DNA of 59,734 nucleotides, filler included. It is 5 parts of 5 records of this genome, joined end to end, with 100 filler letters (N's around TTAATTAATTAA, not from the genome) between each part and the next. Parts side by side here need not be neighbours in the genome. Positions count along the whole stretch, not along the records: positions 39,294 to 52,136 come from SRR31156797_8268; positions 52,237 to 59,734 come from SRR31156797_8279; 3 more parts are not named here. One strand, written 5' to 3'. Position 1 is the stretch's first letter; each line of letters begins with the position of its first letter. The translations under genes were made by a program, and so were the position numbers. Positions 51,001-59,236 of the stretch are shown one piece after another. The notes under the pieces are model-generated. The model was not told the origin of the DNA and searched no databases. It saw nothing but the letters and a program-made list of their open reading frames with translations.

Positions 51001-51725
51001 ACAATATTCTTCCGATGATCAATCCCGCCCGTGTACATGATAAATGGTCGCGTCAAACCGTGGACTTTCTGCAAACGGGTAAGATCGGTTTCATCGACCG
51101 ACTTGGGCTTAAAATGGTTATCGCAAGCGGTGGAGATATTGATAACATTCTCAGATGGAAAACCCAGATATTCGACCGCCTCCTGCCCGGAAGAAGCCGA
51201 TATGGAAAGGAGCAAATCGGCGCACCGAAGATTGCCGAGCTTATTTAAATACCAGCGCTCGATCGACGGATTTCCCAAATAAATATTACGGTATATCAAA
51301 GGGATAAGATCGTATAAAATCACAGCCGTCGGCAATATTTGTGAAAATCTGCCAATACTCGTGACACTATCATCGACCCCTTCAAAAAAGGAAGAAACCA
51401 ACACAATGTCCGGCTGTAAGCTTGCCAAAAAAGCCTCACGCAATATTTCTGCCACATGACGACGTCCATCGTTAACTTTATCTGCGGCATTTACCGGACC
51501 GATTGCTTCCCAAACACAAATGTTTTCTTGAGGCAACAGTTCGGCAAAAGCCGCACGGATCGTTTCGATGGTTTCCGGAAACATACCGTTCAAAGCGAGC
51601 ATGACCTCATGTTCGCCCCGCAATCGGGCCATCTCTTTACTCAACGCCAAGGTATAGCGGCCAATGCCTCGATTCCGGCTCCCCGATGATTGCGCTCCCT
51701 GCATGTCGATGACGATACGCATCAT
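48003..51725 (-). CDS. WbdA-like multi-domain GT4 (mannosyl)transferase, three GT-B modules
   Basis: MRIVIDMQGAQ..SRNRGIGRY, HEGFGLPALEAM; LAYVSPLPPEQSGIADYS, GETSGAVLD; a third module with FLMVG.VEPRKG. Confidence 0.88.
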   Translation of the reverse strand: MMRIVIDMQGAQSSGSRNRGIGRYTLALSKEMARLRGEHEVMLALNGMFPETIETIRAAFAELLPQENICVWEAIGPVNAADKVNDGRRHVAEILREAFLASLQPDIVLVSSFFEGVDDSVTSIGRFSQILPTAVILYDLIPLIYRNIYLGNPSIERWYLNKLGNLRCADLLLSISASSGQEAVEYLGFPSENVINISTACDNHFKPKSVDETDLTRLQKVHGLTRPFIMYTGGIDHRKNIVGLIRAYAKLPKVLRGKHQLAIVCAIQSQDRQHLQKLAKKYGLKKHELVLTGFVPEEDLLDLYNMCKLFVFPSWHEGFGLPALEAMACGCAVIGSNTSSIPEVIGRDEALFDPFDEEAITCKMAEVLTNEDIRAELERYSLEQVKSFSWEQSAKLAWQALEKFVVQRQQTASVQVFPVAARRPRLAYVSPLPPEQSGIADYSVELLPELSRHYAIEVIVAQKEVSDPWVRANCPIRDVDWFRSNANRFDRIMYHFGNSQFHRHMFDLLGEFAGVVVLHDFFLSGILAYMEGDKPNVWAHALIHSHGWPALQRRYRTKDQADVVLAYPCNIEVLQQARGVIVHSAFSCRLAESWYGTGVDGCDVIPLLRVPAVKVDRHAARQTLGLSEKDFVVCSFGHLAPTKLNHRLLAAWLASPLANDPHCCLVFVGQNHPYQYGADLVRTMRGSPTERTVEITGWVDAEKYRTWLAAADVGVQLRTLSRGETSGAVLDCMNYGLATIVNANGSIADLPADAVWMLPEEFSENELVEALTLLWRHSDRCRVLGQRARELIHVHHQPRRCAQLYTQAIERYYQKASVGLPALVETLANTEPSLPAQDWPRLATLLANNFPPRPRRRQLLIDISILAQYNSNNGTQTAVRALLREFLNNPPDGWAVEPVYAANESLGYRYARRFTSQFLDVYDGWAEDEVVDAWPGDIFLGVDFQPDVVLVQKDYLLRLHRRGIKIFFVVYDLLPILFPQFFPEDAQALYENWVETVSHFDGAICTSRSVADDLTEWHQIHGPQRLRPFKIDWFHLGVDIEKSMISRGFPDDADHVLQELARYPTFLMVGAVEPRKGQKQVLGAFELLWEQGVVANLIMVGKKGWKVGSLADRLLQHSELNKQLFWLDGISDEYLEKIYTASTCFIAASEGEVFGFPLINASQYKLPIIVRDIPVFREVAGEHAFYFNGLEPQVLADAVKQWLKLYEEDNHPQSDDMHWLTWRQSTEQLKKVLLGADKRH

Positions 51726-52135
51726 CGATTCTCCCTATGGTGTTGATCGAGGGCCTTTTTGAGATCATGGTATATATTCGTAGCCCTTGGGGAGAGGTGC
51801 TCTAGATTAACTGCATAATCAGTTTGATCCGACGGTGTTTGGTTTATCAATTCCGAAGGCACCACAGGCTGAAGGAAAAGTCCCCTTTCTTGTCCAATTG
51901 TATTGAGACAGGCTTTTAAACTTGGATATTTATTTACCCTTCCGAGTAGTTTTAACCGTAGAGAGTCTCTTTTTATTGCAAATGCCATGGCTCTTGCCAC
52001 TATCCAGGAAACACCCCCCCTAGGAAAGCGTAACGCCCACATTACAAGGAAAAAAGGTACGTTGAATACCCGTTTAATGACATCCAATAGTTTTCTGAGA
52101 GGCCAGGTGATTCGCCATGACCAACTTGCATATAC
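51722..52135 (-). CDS. C-terminal fragment of an O-antigen/polysaccharide biosynthesis protein (SxSWRxTxPLR motif); 5' end cut by the contig edge
   Basis: The frame is open upstream of the TTG listed in the ORF track: VYASWSWRITWPLRKLLDV...; C-terminal LSPRA..IY.DLK.A. Confidence 0.7.
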   Translation of the reverse strand, partial: VYASWSWRITWPLRKLLDVIKRVFNVPFFLVMWALRFPRGGVSWIVARAMAFAIKRDSLRLKLLGRVNKYPSLKACLNTIGQERGLFLQPVVPSELINQTPSDQTDYAVNLEHLSPRATNIYHDLKKALDQHHRENR

Positions 52136-52136
52136 G

Positions 52137-52236
52137 NNNNNNNNNNNNNNNNNNNNNNNNNNNNNNNNNNNNNNNNNNNNTTAATTAATTAANNNNNNNN
52201 NNNNNNNNNNNNNNNNNNNNNNNNNNNNNNNNNNNN
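52137..52236. other. Artificial contig linker
   Basis: N44-TTAATTAATTAA-N44. Confidence 0.98.
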
Positions 52237-52264
52237 CATGGCTCATGGCTCATGGCTCATGGCT
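52237..52264. repeat. Heptamer tandem repeat (CATGGCT)x4 at the contig edge
   Basis: Directly visible; may continue into the gap. Confidence 0.85.
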
Positions 52265-52275
52265 GTTAGAGTGTA

Positions 52276-52303
52276 CGGTTCCCATGCCGAAACATGGGAA
52301 CCG
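52276..52303 (-). terminator. 11-bp perfect hairpin (terminator or REP-like) after the Tm-1-like gene
   Basis: CGGTTCCCATG-ccgaaa-CATGGGAACCG, 6 nt from the stop codon. Confidence 0.55.
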
Positions 52304-52309
52304 AAGATA

Positions 52310-53533
52310 TCAGAAAATCTTTAAGGCAACCTTTGCCACCGCTTGGGAAAACGCCGGGTCCTCCATATTGGCATCCACTTCCATCACAGTGATGTCCGGG
52401 TTGAGCTTCTCGCGAAGCAGCTCATTAAAGACCAAGTCTTCCTCCGGATTAAAGGTAGCATTCCCCGGATAGTCCACCGAAGACCAACCCTTCAGCGGCA
52501 ACATCACGCAAACGGGACCTTGTGCCCGGTTCAGTTTTTCCGCAAATGCCGCCGCCACCTGCTTCAGTTCATCAGGAGAAAGCCGGATCCAGGTGCGGAG
52601 TTTATCCAGGTCATACTTGGGCCGATCCTGGTATTCGGGCTTGTATTTACGTTTGGAAGGGGTCATGTGGTTGACGCTGCAGGTGGAGATTATCTGCGGC
52701 ACACCTGCGTTTCCGGCCGCTTCCATACGATGGGGGCCCGCATCCCGCATAAAACCGAAAAGATGCTCCCCAACCCCTCCCGGGGCCAGATCTATGACCC
52801 CCTGAAACAGACCGGCAGCCATCATCTCTTCCATGGCCCGATCGCTGATACCGGCCGCTGAAAAGCCGGTTACCTGGTAACCCGACCCCTCCAGAATCTT
52901 TCTGACGGAACTGGCACATTGTTCGCACGGCCCCAGCATGGTCATGGCGATGGCCTTGCCCGCTTCGGCCCTGGATGAGGTGACGTCTCCCCGAACCATT
53001 CCGGACAGGGCACAGGCGGCACGATCCATCACGTTCTTCAACAGATCCGTGATACCGCTGATCTCAATGACCGAATGAAACAGGGTAATGTCGCCGGTGC
53101 CGATGTACCGGGTGGAGAGACCGGGGAGCGCCGCCGTGGATGAAATCATGAGTTTGGGAACCCCAAAGGGGAGAGACCGCATGACTTCGGTGGCCATGAG
53201 AGATCCGGTGGATCCCCCCATGGCGATCACCCCGTCCAGTTTACCTTCTGAAAAGAGGTCGCCTGCAATTTTAGACGCCCCTTTGATGGTGATATTGGTA
53301 ATTTTTGACCGTTCCCTGGAGGCGTGAATCTCTTCCAGGCTGCTCCCCCCGGCTTCAGCCACCCGGGCCGGGGTGATATCCGCCGGAGAGTCCCCTTTCC
53401 CCCGCATGGAAATATCCATGAGCAGGGGGGTGACCCCGAGGGACTTAATTTTGTCCCTCAGGTAAAGGGTCTCCACGCCTTTGGTATCCAGGGTGGATAT
53501 AATCAAGACCGCTTTTGGGGTTGAATTCGCCAT
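52310..53533 (-). CDS. Tm-1-like ATP-binding domain protein (UPF0261)
   Basis: TLDTKG.E..YL, GGS.GS.....MR.LPFGVPKLM.S, D.....SV..I.G, A.KLN.A.GP....PL.G.S. Confidence 0.88.
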   Translation of the reverse strand: MANSTPKAVLIISTLDTKGVETLYLRDKIKSLGVTPLLMDISMRGKGDSPADITPARVAEAGGSSLEEIHASRERSKITNITIKGASKIAGDLFSEGKLDGVIAMGGSTGSLMATEVMRSLPFGVPKLMISSTAALPGLSTRYIGTGDITLFHSVIEISGITDLLKNVMDRAACALSGMVRGDVTSSRAEAGKAIAMTMLGPCEQCASSVRKILEGSGYQVTGFSAAGISDRAMEEMMAAGLFQGVIDLAPGGVGEHLFGFMRDAGPHRMEAAGNAGVPQIISTCSVNHMTPSKRKYKPEYQDRPKYDLDKLRTWIRLSPDELKQVAAAFAEKLNRAQGPVCVMLPLKGWSSVDYPGNATFNPEEDLVFNELLREKLNPDITVMEVDANMEDPAFSQAVAKVALKIF

Positions 53534-55188
53534 CAGCCCTGCTCTGCCTCGACCTTCTCCTTGATCATTGTTTTCAATGTTTCTTTGTTGACCTTGCCGG
53601 AATCCCCAACCGCCGGGAATTCGTCCACCACCTCCAGGCGCTCCGGGAGTTTGAACATGGCCAACTGCTTCCCTTTTAGAAATTCCACCATTTCGTCAAA
53701 GGTAAATGTTTCCCCCGATTTGGGAATCACATAAGCGGCACACTTCTCACCCATGGCCCGGTCCGGATAACCGACGATGGCAACGGAAGCCACTTTGGGA
53801 TGCTCGTTGAGCAACCCTTCCACTTCGGCCGGGTAGATATTCTGACCGCCGCGGATGATCATATCCTTGGCACGGCCCATGATCCAGAGACAACCCTGGT
53901 CGAAACAGACAATATCCTCGGTGGTGCACCACCCGTCTTCATCGAACACCGTTGCCGTCAATTCTTCGTCGCGGTAATATCCGGCCGGTGCGTGGGGGCC
54001 CCTTAAATAGAGGATTCCCGGATCACCTTCGGGCACCACATTGCCATCTTCATCCACCAGGCGAACTTTGTTGCCCGGCAGCATTCGTCCCACCGTCCGC
54101 CTGCGAAGCTCCTTGGAATCTTCCACGCTGCAACCGGAGACGGACCCCTTGTCCTGGGTGCCCAGATCGCTGGTAATGCTGGCGCCGAAGGCATCTTCCG
54201 CTTCTTCCGCCACCTGGGGGGAGAGGTACCCGCCGGCGGACCGGATAAACCGCAAGGAACTGAGATCGTATTTCTTAACATCCGCTTCCAGCATGCGCAC
54301 CAGATGGGTGGGCACCACGCCGATGGCCGTTGCTTTCTCCTTTTCAATGAGCGCCAATGCACCTTCAGGGGTAAATTCCTCCAGCATGACGGTCTTTGCC
54401 CCGGCTATGGGCGCAGCAAAATAAGTGAGGGTTCCGGCGGCGCCGCCCGCATGGGGCGCAATGGCCATGGTAATATCGTCTTTGTTGAGATTCCATATGC
54501 CGACCCGGCCCTTGGAAGTGCAGACCCGGGGAGCGGTGGGCCATTCCACCAGTTTGGGGATTCCCGTGGTACCGCTGGTGGTGGTCAAGAGGGCCACGTC
54601 CCATTTGGCATCCAGTCTTCGATCGTTTAAAACCGCTTCATCCACGGGTTTTTTCATGCGGTCTTCCACCATTTGAACCACCGAGTAGGTCCCTTCCGGG
54701 GCGCCTTCGGGAACCTTATCGTCGAAAAGGAAGAAGTACTTCAAGTGAGTAAAGCGTTTCTGAAGATCCTTGTACATGTCGAGATAATTGAATTTGTGGT
54801 AGACCTCCGGGATCACCACGGCCGCGGCCTCGGTTTTCTCCAGCATGTACTCCAGTTCACGCTGCCGCAGGTAGGGATAAACCGTAAGGGAGATGAGTCC
54901 GGCCCGTTCACAGGCCACTCTTGCCAGGAACCCGTAAACACTGTTGGGGGACTGAATGATAACGCGAGCGGATTTGGGGATGCCCATTTCAACCCAGGAT
55001 ATGGCCATGGCATCCACCATTTTCTTTGCCTCTCCCCAGGTCACGCGATATTTTGAATCCACAAGGGCTTCCTGATCGGGCATTTCCTTTGCATTGCGGT
55101 CATAGAAATCATAGAACAGCTCTTCGGTCCAGTGTCCGTCATCCAGGAACTCCTGCACCATTTTTTCTTTATATCGAATCGGTTTCAT
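53533..55188 (-). CDS. AMP-forming acyl/aryl-CoA ligase (ANL superfamily)
   Basis: TTSGTTGIPK P-loop, GRAKDMIIRGGQNIYPAEVE, MGEKCAAYV, KLPERL, SGKVNK. Confidence 0.9.
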   Translation of the reverse strand: MKPIRYKEKMVQEFLDDGHWTEELFYDFYDRNAKEMPDQEALVDSKYRVTWGEAKKMVDAMAISWVEMGIPKSARVIIQSPNSVYGFLARVACERAGLISLTVYPYLRQRELEYMLEKTEAAAVVIPEVYHKFNYLDMYKDLQKRFTHLKYFFLFDDKVPEGAPEGTYSVVQMVEDRMKKPVDEAVLNDRRLDAKWDVALLTTTSGTTGIPKLVEWPTAPRVCTSKGRVGIWNLNKDDITMAIAPHAGGAAGTLTYFAAPIAGAKTVMLEEFTPEGALALIEKEKATAIGVVPTHLVRMLEADVKKYDLSSLRFIRSAGGYLSPQVAEEAEDAFGASITSDLGTQDKGSVSGCSVEDSKELRRRTVGRMLPGNKVRLVDEDGNVVPEGDPGILYLRGPHAPAGYYRDEELTATVFDEDGWCTTEDIVCFDQGCLWIMGRAKDMIIRGGQNIYPAEVEGLLNEHPKVASVAIVGYPDRAMGEKCAAYVIPKSGETFTFDEMVEFLKGKQLAMFKLPERLEVVDEFPAVGDSGKVNKETLKTMIKEKVEAEQG

Positions 55189-55297
55189 GGGGTCGCCTCC
55201 TAGGGGTTGGGTTTTGAGGTGTTTTGTAGGTTTTCAAATCGATCAGGGCCCATGGCTCGTAAGCGATGGGCCCGATTTTGAATTGCCGAAGCGGGCG

Positions 55298-56707
55298 CTA
55301 GAATCCCAACTCCGACCAACGGCCTTTGACCTTTTCGACCATATCCGGATCCAGCTCGATCCGGATCGGTTTTTTCTTCCACTCATAGGGGATGGTGGCA
55401 TCCAGGAGCAGCCTTCCGGTAATTTCCCGGGCATCGATGGGAAGCGACGGATCGAGCGGAGTGGACCGACCCCGTTTGATAACCTGGCTTCGGTTGGGCT
55501 GGAACCTGAAACTCAAAGCGTACATGACCCTGGGGATATCCCACGCATCAATGTCGTCGTCCACCACGATGACGGTCTTAAGTCCGTAGTGGCCCATTTC
55601 CGTTGAAACGGCGGCGGTCAGTACCTGATCGGCATGGCCGGGATATCGGGTTTCCATGGAGATAATGGCCAGGAATCGTCCCGAACCTTCGGGCGGGCAG
55701 TAGACGCTCTTGATGCCCGGAATGTTCATCTCCTCGGTCAACTGCTGCCACAGGGTGGCGCCGTAGGAGAGCGCCATGACCATATGGGTGTCGGTGACGG
55801 CACGGCCCACGGTGGTGGAGTACATGATGGGGTTGTCGCGATGGGTGACGCATTTGATGTCCATGTAGTTTCTGGGATCGGTGCCCACGCCGGAGTAATA
55901 TCCCGTGTACTCGCCGAAGGGGCCTTCTTCCATGAATTTTTCCGCGTCGCATTCCCCTTCCAACACGATTTCCGCATGGGCCGGAACCGGCAGATCCACC
56001 GTTTCGCCCATGACCACTTCACAGGCTTCTCCACGGATGGAGCCGTACACGTCATACTCGGAAATATTGGCCGAAACACGGGCCGCGCCCAGGATAAAGA
56101 GGAGCGGATCGCAACCGATGATGGAGGCACAGGGCATCGGTTTTCCCATCTTCTGGTATTTTTTCAGCATCTGATCCGCATGTTTCCCTTTGATGAACTG
56201 GGTTCCGATCTTGTCCTTGCCCAACAGCTGGCTTCTGTAGGTTCCCAGGTTAACCCATCCGGATTCCGGATCCTTGGTGATAATGTAATGGGCCGTTCCG
56301 ATATAACGCCCGCCGTCTAAAGGAAAGAAATGCGGGACGGGGAATTTGTAAAGATCCACATCGTCGCCCATAATGATATTCTGCTTGCAGGGGGCTTCTT
56401 TTTTGTCCACCATTTTGGGGGGTATGGGGTTATCGCCCATCTTCACCCATCCACGAAGGATTTCCGGAAGGGGGGTATCCTTGGGCATTCCCATAATGAG
56501 GGCCAGTTTCTGAGCGGTGGTACAGGTACTGGTAATCACCGGGGTATCGTAATCTTTGACATTCTCAAAAAGAAGCGCCGGGCCTTGGGCTTCCTCGTTG
56601 AGCTTTGCAATATGGCTCAACTCAAGGTTCCAGTCCACTTCCGCGGTGATTCTCTTAAGCTCGCCCTCTTTTTCCGCCAGTTCAATAAAATCTCTCATAC
56701 TTTTCAT
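55298..56707 (-). CDS. UbiD-family (de)carboxylase, phenylphosphate carboxylase beta subunit (PpcB)-like
   Basis: ELKRITAEVDWNLELSH.AKL.EE..GPALLFE, FPLDGGRYIGT, NLGTYR, EGPFGEYTGYY, KRGRSTPLDP, DATIPYEWK; closely follows the PpcB pattern as recalled. RBS GGAGG. Confidence 0.85.
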   Translation of the reverse strand: MKSMRDFIELAEKEGELKRITAEVDWNLELSHIAKLNEEAQGPALLFENVKDYDTPVITSTCTTAQKLALIMGMPKDTPLPEILRGWVKMGDNPIPPKMVDKKEAPCKQNIIMGDDVDLYKFPVPHFFPLDGGRYIGTAHYIITKDPESGWVNLGTYRSQLLGKDKIGTQFIKGKHADQMLKKYQKMGKPMPCASIIGCDPLLFILGAARVSANISEYDVYGSIRGEACEVVMGETVDLPVPAHAEIVLEGECDAEKFMEEGPFGEYTGYYSGVGTDPRNYMDIKCVTHRDNPIMYSTTVGRAVTDTHMVMALSYGATLWQQLTEEMNIPGIKSVYCPPEGSGRFLAIISMETRYPGHADQVLTAAVSTEMGHYGLKTVIVVDDDIDAWDIPRVMYALSFRFQPNRSQVIKRGRSTPLDPSLPIDAREITGRLLLDATIPYEWKKKPIRIELDPDMVEKVKGRWSELGF

Positions 56708-57087
56708 CAGATATTACCTCCCATAAATGGATATTTTTCGCGTTTTGCCTATCAACCGATCAGTGTCCCATCGACACAAATTCATCGGTATAAAAAACGC
56801 GATCACAAGCATTCTTTTATTGAAACCAAATACCGCTGTTCAATGCCGGCAGGGTGTTCACTGAAACGAACAATCACCCTTAGAGACCGGCATTGCCGCT
56901 AATGAACAACAAACCTCCGGCAATCCGGGAAAAACAGACTATCAATCTAAATAAACTAACAAAAAAATATTTAAAAACCGAAGCACTCGGATCAAATGGC
57001 GGGTTCATTCAAACGAAAACCAGTATCAAGCAAAAGCATCATCCCCCATAAAAAAAATCGTGTCAATTGCATTATTTTTATGGTATT

Positions 57088-57104
57088 CATAACTTTTGAT
57101 TATG
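57088..57104. promoter_or_regulatory. LysR-type box CATAA-N7-TTATG
   Basis: Inverted repeat containing T-N11-A in the UbiD/lysR divergent region; related CATAAAAAAA half-sites near 57047 and 57118. Confidence 0.55.
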
Positions 57105-57163
57105 GATATCTTTGTCCCATAAAAAATATGATCTTTTCCATGTAAAGTGGACGATTTTCAACC

Positions 57164-58126
57164 ATGCTGAACTTCAATCAACTCCGCATCTTTTTCCACG
57201 CAGCCAAAAATCTGAATTTCACCGCAGCCGCCAGGGACTTGTTCATCACCCAGCCGGCCGTAACGGCCCAGATCAAATTGCTGGAAGAATATTGCGAATT
57301 GAAACTCTTCAGAAAAAAAGGCCGCGGCGTCTATTTGACGGATGAGGGGAGAGCACTTTTTGAATACTCAAAGCACGTATTTGACTATGAAAAGGAAATC
57401 GAGTTTGCCATCGAGGAAATGCGGGAATTAAAACGGGGTATTCTTCGACTGGGAACCACCAAGACCTATGCCAGGTACTTCATGCCTTTTCTCCTGACCC
57501 GATTCCATCAGACCTATTCCGACATTCGGATACACCTGGATGAAGGCAGTTCCCAGGCCATGGTTCAAAGTCTGATCGATTTTAAAAACGAAATTGTCAT
57601 CATAGCGAAAATCGTAAGCCACCCGGGCGTACGCTTTCTGCCGCTCAGCCGGGAAGGGATTGTTATCATCGCCCACCCTGAACATCCCCTGGCCGGTAAA
57701 ACCGCCATTTCAGCGGAAGAACTGGCCCGGGAACGAATCATCATGAAAGAAGGGGGCTCCGGAACGCGGCACCTCATTGACAATCTTTTTGCCCGGGCCG
57801 ACAAAACGCCCAACATTGTCATGGAGACCAGCAATACGGAATTCATCAAGATGGAAGTTCAGCGCGGTGAAGGCATCGCTTTCCTGGTGGAATCCGCGGT
57901 TTTGATGGAGCTGGAACAAGGCCTTTTAACATCTCTACCCATCCATGACCGGACGCTCTTTCTGGATGTGAGCATTGCTTATCTGGAAGATCAAAAGCTT
58001 TCCCCCCCTGCCAGGGCTTTCCTTGAAAACCTGACCAACCTGAGCGGTGGCGATATTCCTGCCTTGGGTATCGGAGCACTCATGGCCAAAATCCGGGCGC
58101 ACCGTGATAAACCGACGGCGACATGA
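57164..58126 (+). CDS. LysR-family transcriptional regulator (CysL/CmpR-like)
   Basis: LNFTAAARDLFITQPAVTAQIK.LE, LT.EG, KEGGSGTR. Confidence 0.93.
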   Translation: MLNFNQLRIFFHAAKNLNFTAAARDLFITQPAVTAQIKLLEEYCELKLFRKKGRGVYLTDEGRALFEYSKHVFDYEKEIEFAIEEMRELKRGILRLGTTKTYARYFMPFLLTRFHQTYSDIRIHLDEGSSQAMVQSLIDFKNEIVIIAKIVSHPGVRFLPLSREGIVIIAHPEHPLAGKTAISAEELARERIIMKEGGSGTRHLIDNLFARADKTPNIVMETSNTEFIKMEVQRGEGIAFLVESAVLMELEQGLLTSLPIHDRTLFLDVSIAYLEDQKLSPPARAFLENLTNLSGGDIPALGIGALMAKIRAHRDKPTAT

Positions 58127-59172
58127 CAAACGAAGCCCATAAACCATCCAGGTTTTCCGGGAGGGCAAAGCGGAAGGTCCTTTTGGGGACGGCATGCTTC
58201 CTTTTCCTGTTATTTCTGCTGACCGCCGTATGGGTTCATCATGTGCTTCAGCCCGCGAATACAAAGGGCGAAAACCGGAATTTCATGGTGGATGAAGGCG
58301 CAACGCTGAACCGGGTGGCAGCGGATCTTAAAAAGGCCGATATTATTCGGAGCAGCACCCTGTTTCGCCTGGCAGGCCGACTCAAGGGTTACGACCACCA
58401 CATCAAAACGGGCGAATACCGGCTCAATGGCGCCATGCCCCCCCTGAAAATCCTTGAAGCCCTCAAGGAAGGTCGAATCATTACCCACGCCGTTACAATT
58501 CCCGAGGGCTTTAACCTGAACCAGATTGGCGAGACGATGGAACAAAAGGGCCTTTCAAATAAGGCATCTTTCATTGAAAAGGCCAAGGACAGATCGCTGA
58601 TAGTACAAATGGATCTTTCCGGGGACACCCTGGAAGGGTATCTCTATCCGGATACCTATCGGTTTCGGCGGAACGAAACCGCCGACAAGATCATAGGCGT
58701 AATGGTCAACCGCTTCCGGAACGTGGTCTCACCCTTTCAGACAAGGATAAAAGAGACGGGCATGACCCTTAAGCAGGTCATTACCCTTGCGTCCATTGTG
58801 GAAAAAGAGACGGGTGTCCCTGAAGAAAGACCCATGATCGCACGCGTATTCCTGAACCGTCTTAAAAAAAACATGCGGCTTGAAAGTGATCCCACGGTTA
58901 TCTACGGTATCAGCAACTTTAACGGAAACCTCACAAAAAAGGATTTGAAAACCAAAACACCCTACAACACCTATGTCATCAAGGGTCTTCCGCCCGGTCC
59001 CATCGCAAATCCAGGGTTAGCCTCCATAAAAGCGGTACTGGATCCGGCGGAAGGCAACTATTACTATTTTGTTTCAAAAAATAACGGTACCCATTATTTC
59101 TCTAAAACATTAAAGGAACACAATCGGGCCGTAAGGCGCTTTCAAAAGAACATACGGAAAAAAAGGGGTTGA
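58123..59172 (+). CDS. mltG: Endolytic murein transglycosylase
   Basis: N-terminal TM helix, VTIPEG, LEGYLYPDTY, LASIVEKE, L.SDPTV.YG, YNTY...GLPPGPI.NPG, YYFVS. Confidence 0.95.
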   Translation: MTNEAHKPSRFSGRAKRKVLLGTACFLFLLFLLTAVWVHHVLQPANTKGENRNFMVDEGATLNRVAADLKKADIIRSSTLFRLAGRLKGYDHHIKTGEYRLNGAMPPLKILEALKEGRIITHAVTIPEGFNLNQIGETMEQKGLSNKASFIEKAKDRSLIVQMDLSGDTLEGYLYPDTYRFRRNETADKIIGVMVNRFRNVVSPFQTRIKETGMTLKQVITLASIVEKETGVPEERPMIARVFLNRLKKNMRLESDPTVIYGISNFNGNLTKKDLKTKTPYNTYVIKGLPPGPIANPGLASIKAVLDPAEGNYYYFVSKNNGTHYFSKTLKEHNRAVRRFQKNIRKKRG

Positions 59173-59178
59173 AATTTC

Positions 59179-59210
59179 TTGACATAGCGCAATAATTTCC
59201 AGTATATAAG
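59179..59210 (+). promoter_or_regulatory. Possible sigma70 promoter for the CoA-transferase gene
   Basis: Perfect TTGACA at 59179-59184; the -10 region (TATATAAG) is imperfect. Confidence 0.35.
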
Positions 59211-59236
59211 GGGTTTTCAATATCTAGGAGAATACC

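Noticed and set aside
8181-52236. TTAATTAATTAA recurring four times as a biological repeat
   Set aside because: Always embedded in identical N runs; it is an artificial six-frame-stop linker.
52245-58628. Many overlapping 60-230 aa alternative-frame ORFs (e.g. 52343-52861, 55187-55606, 55634-56320, 56330-56902)
   Set aside because: Antisense or off-frame shadows of well-supported genes in GC-richer DNA, with no recognisable motifs.
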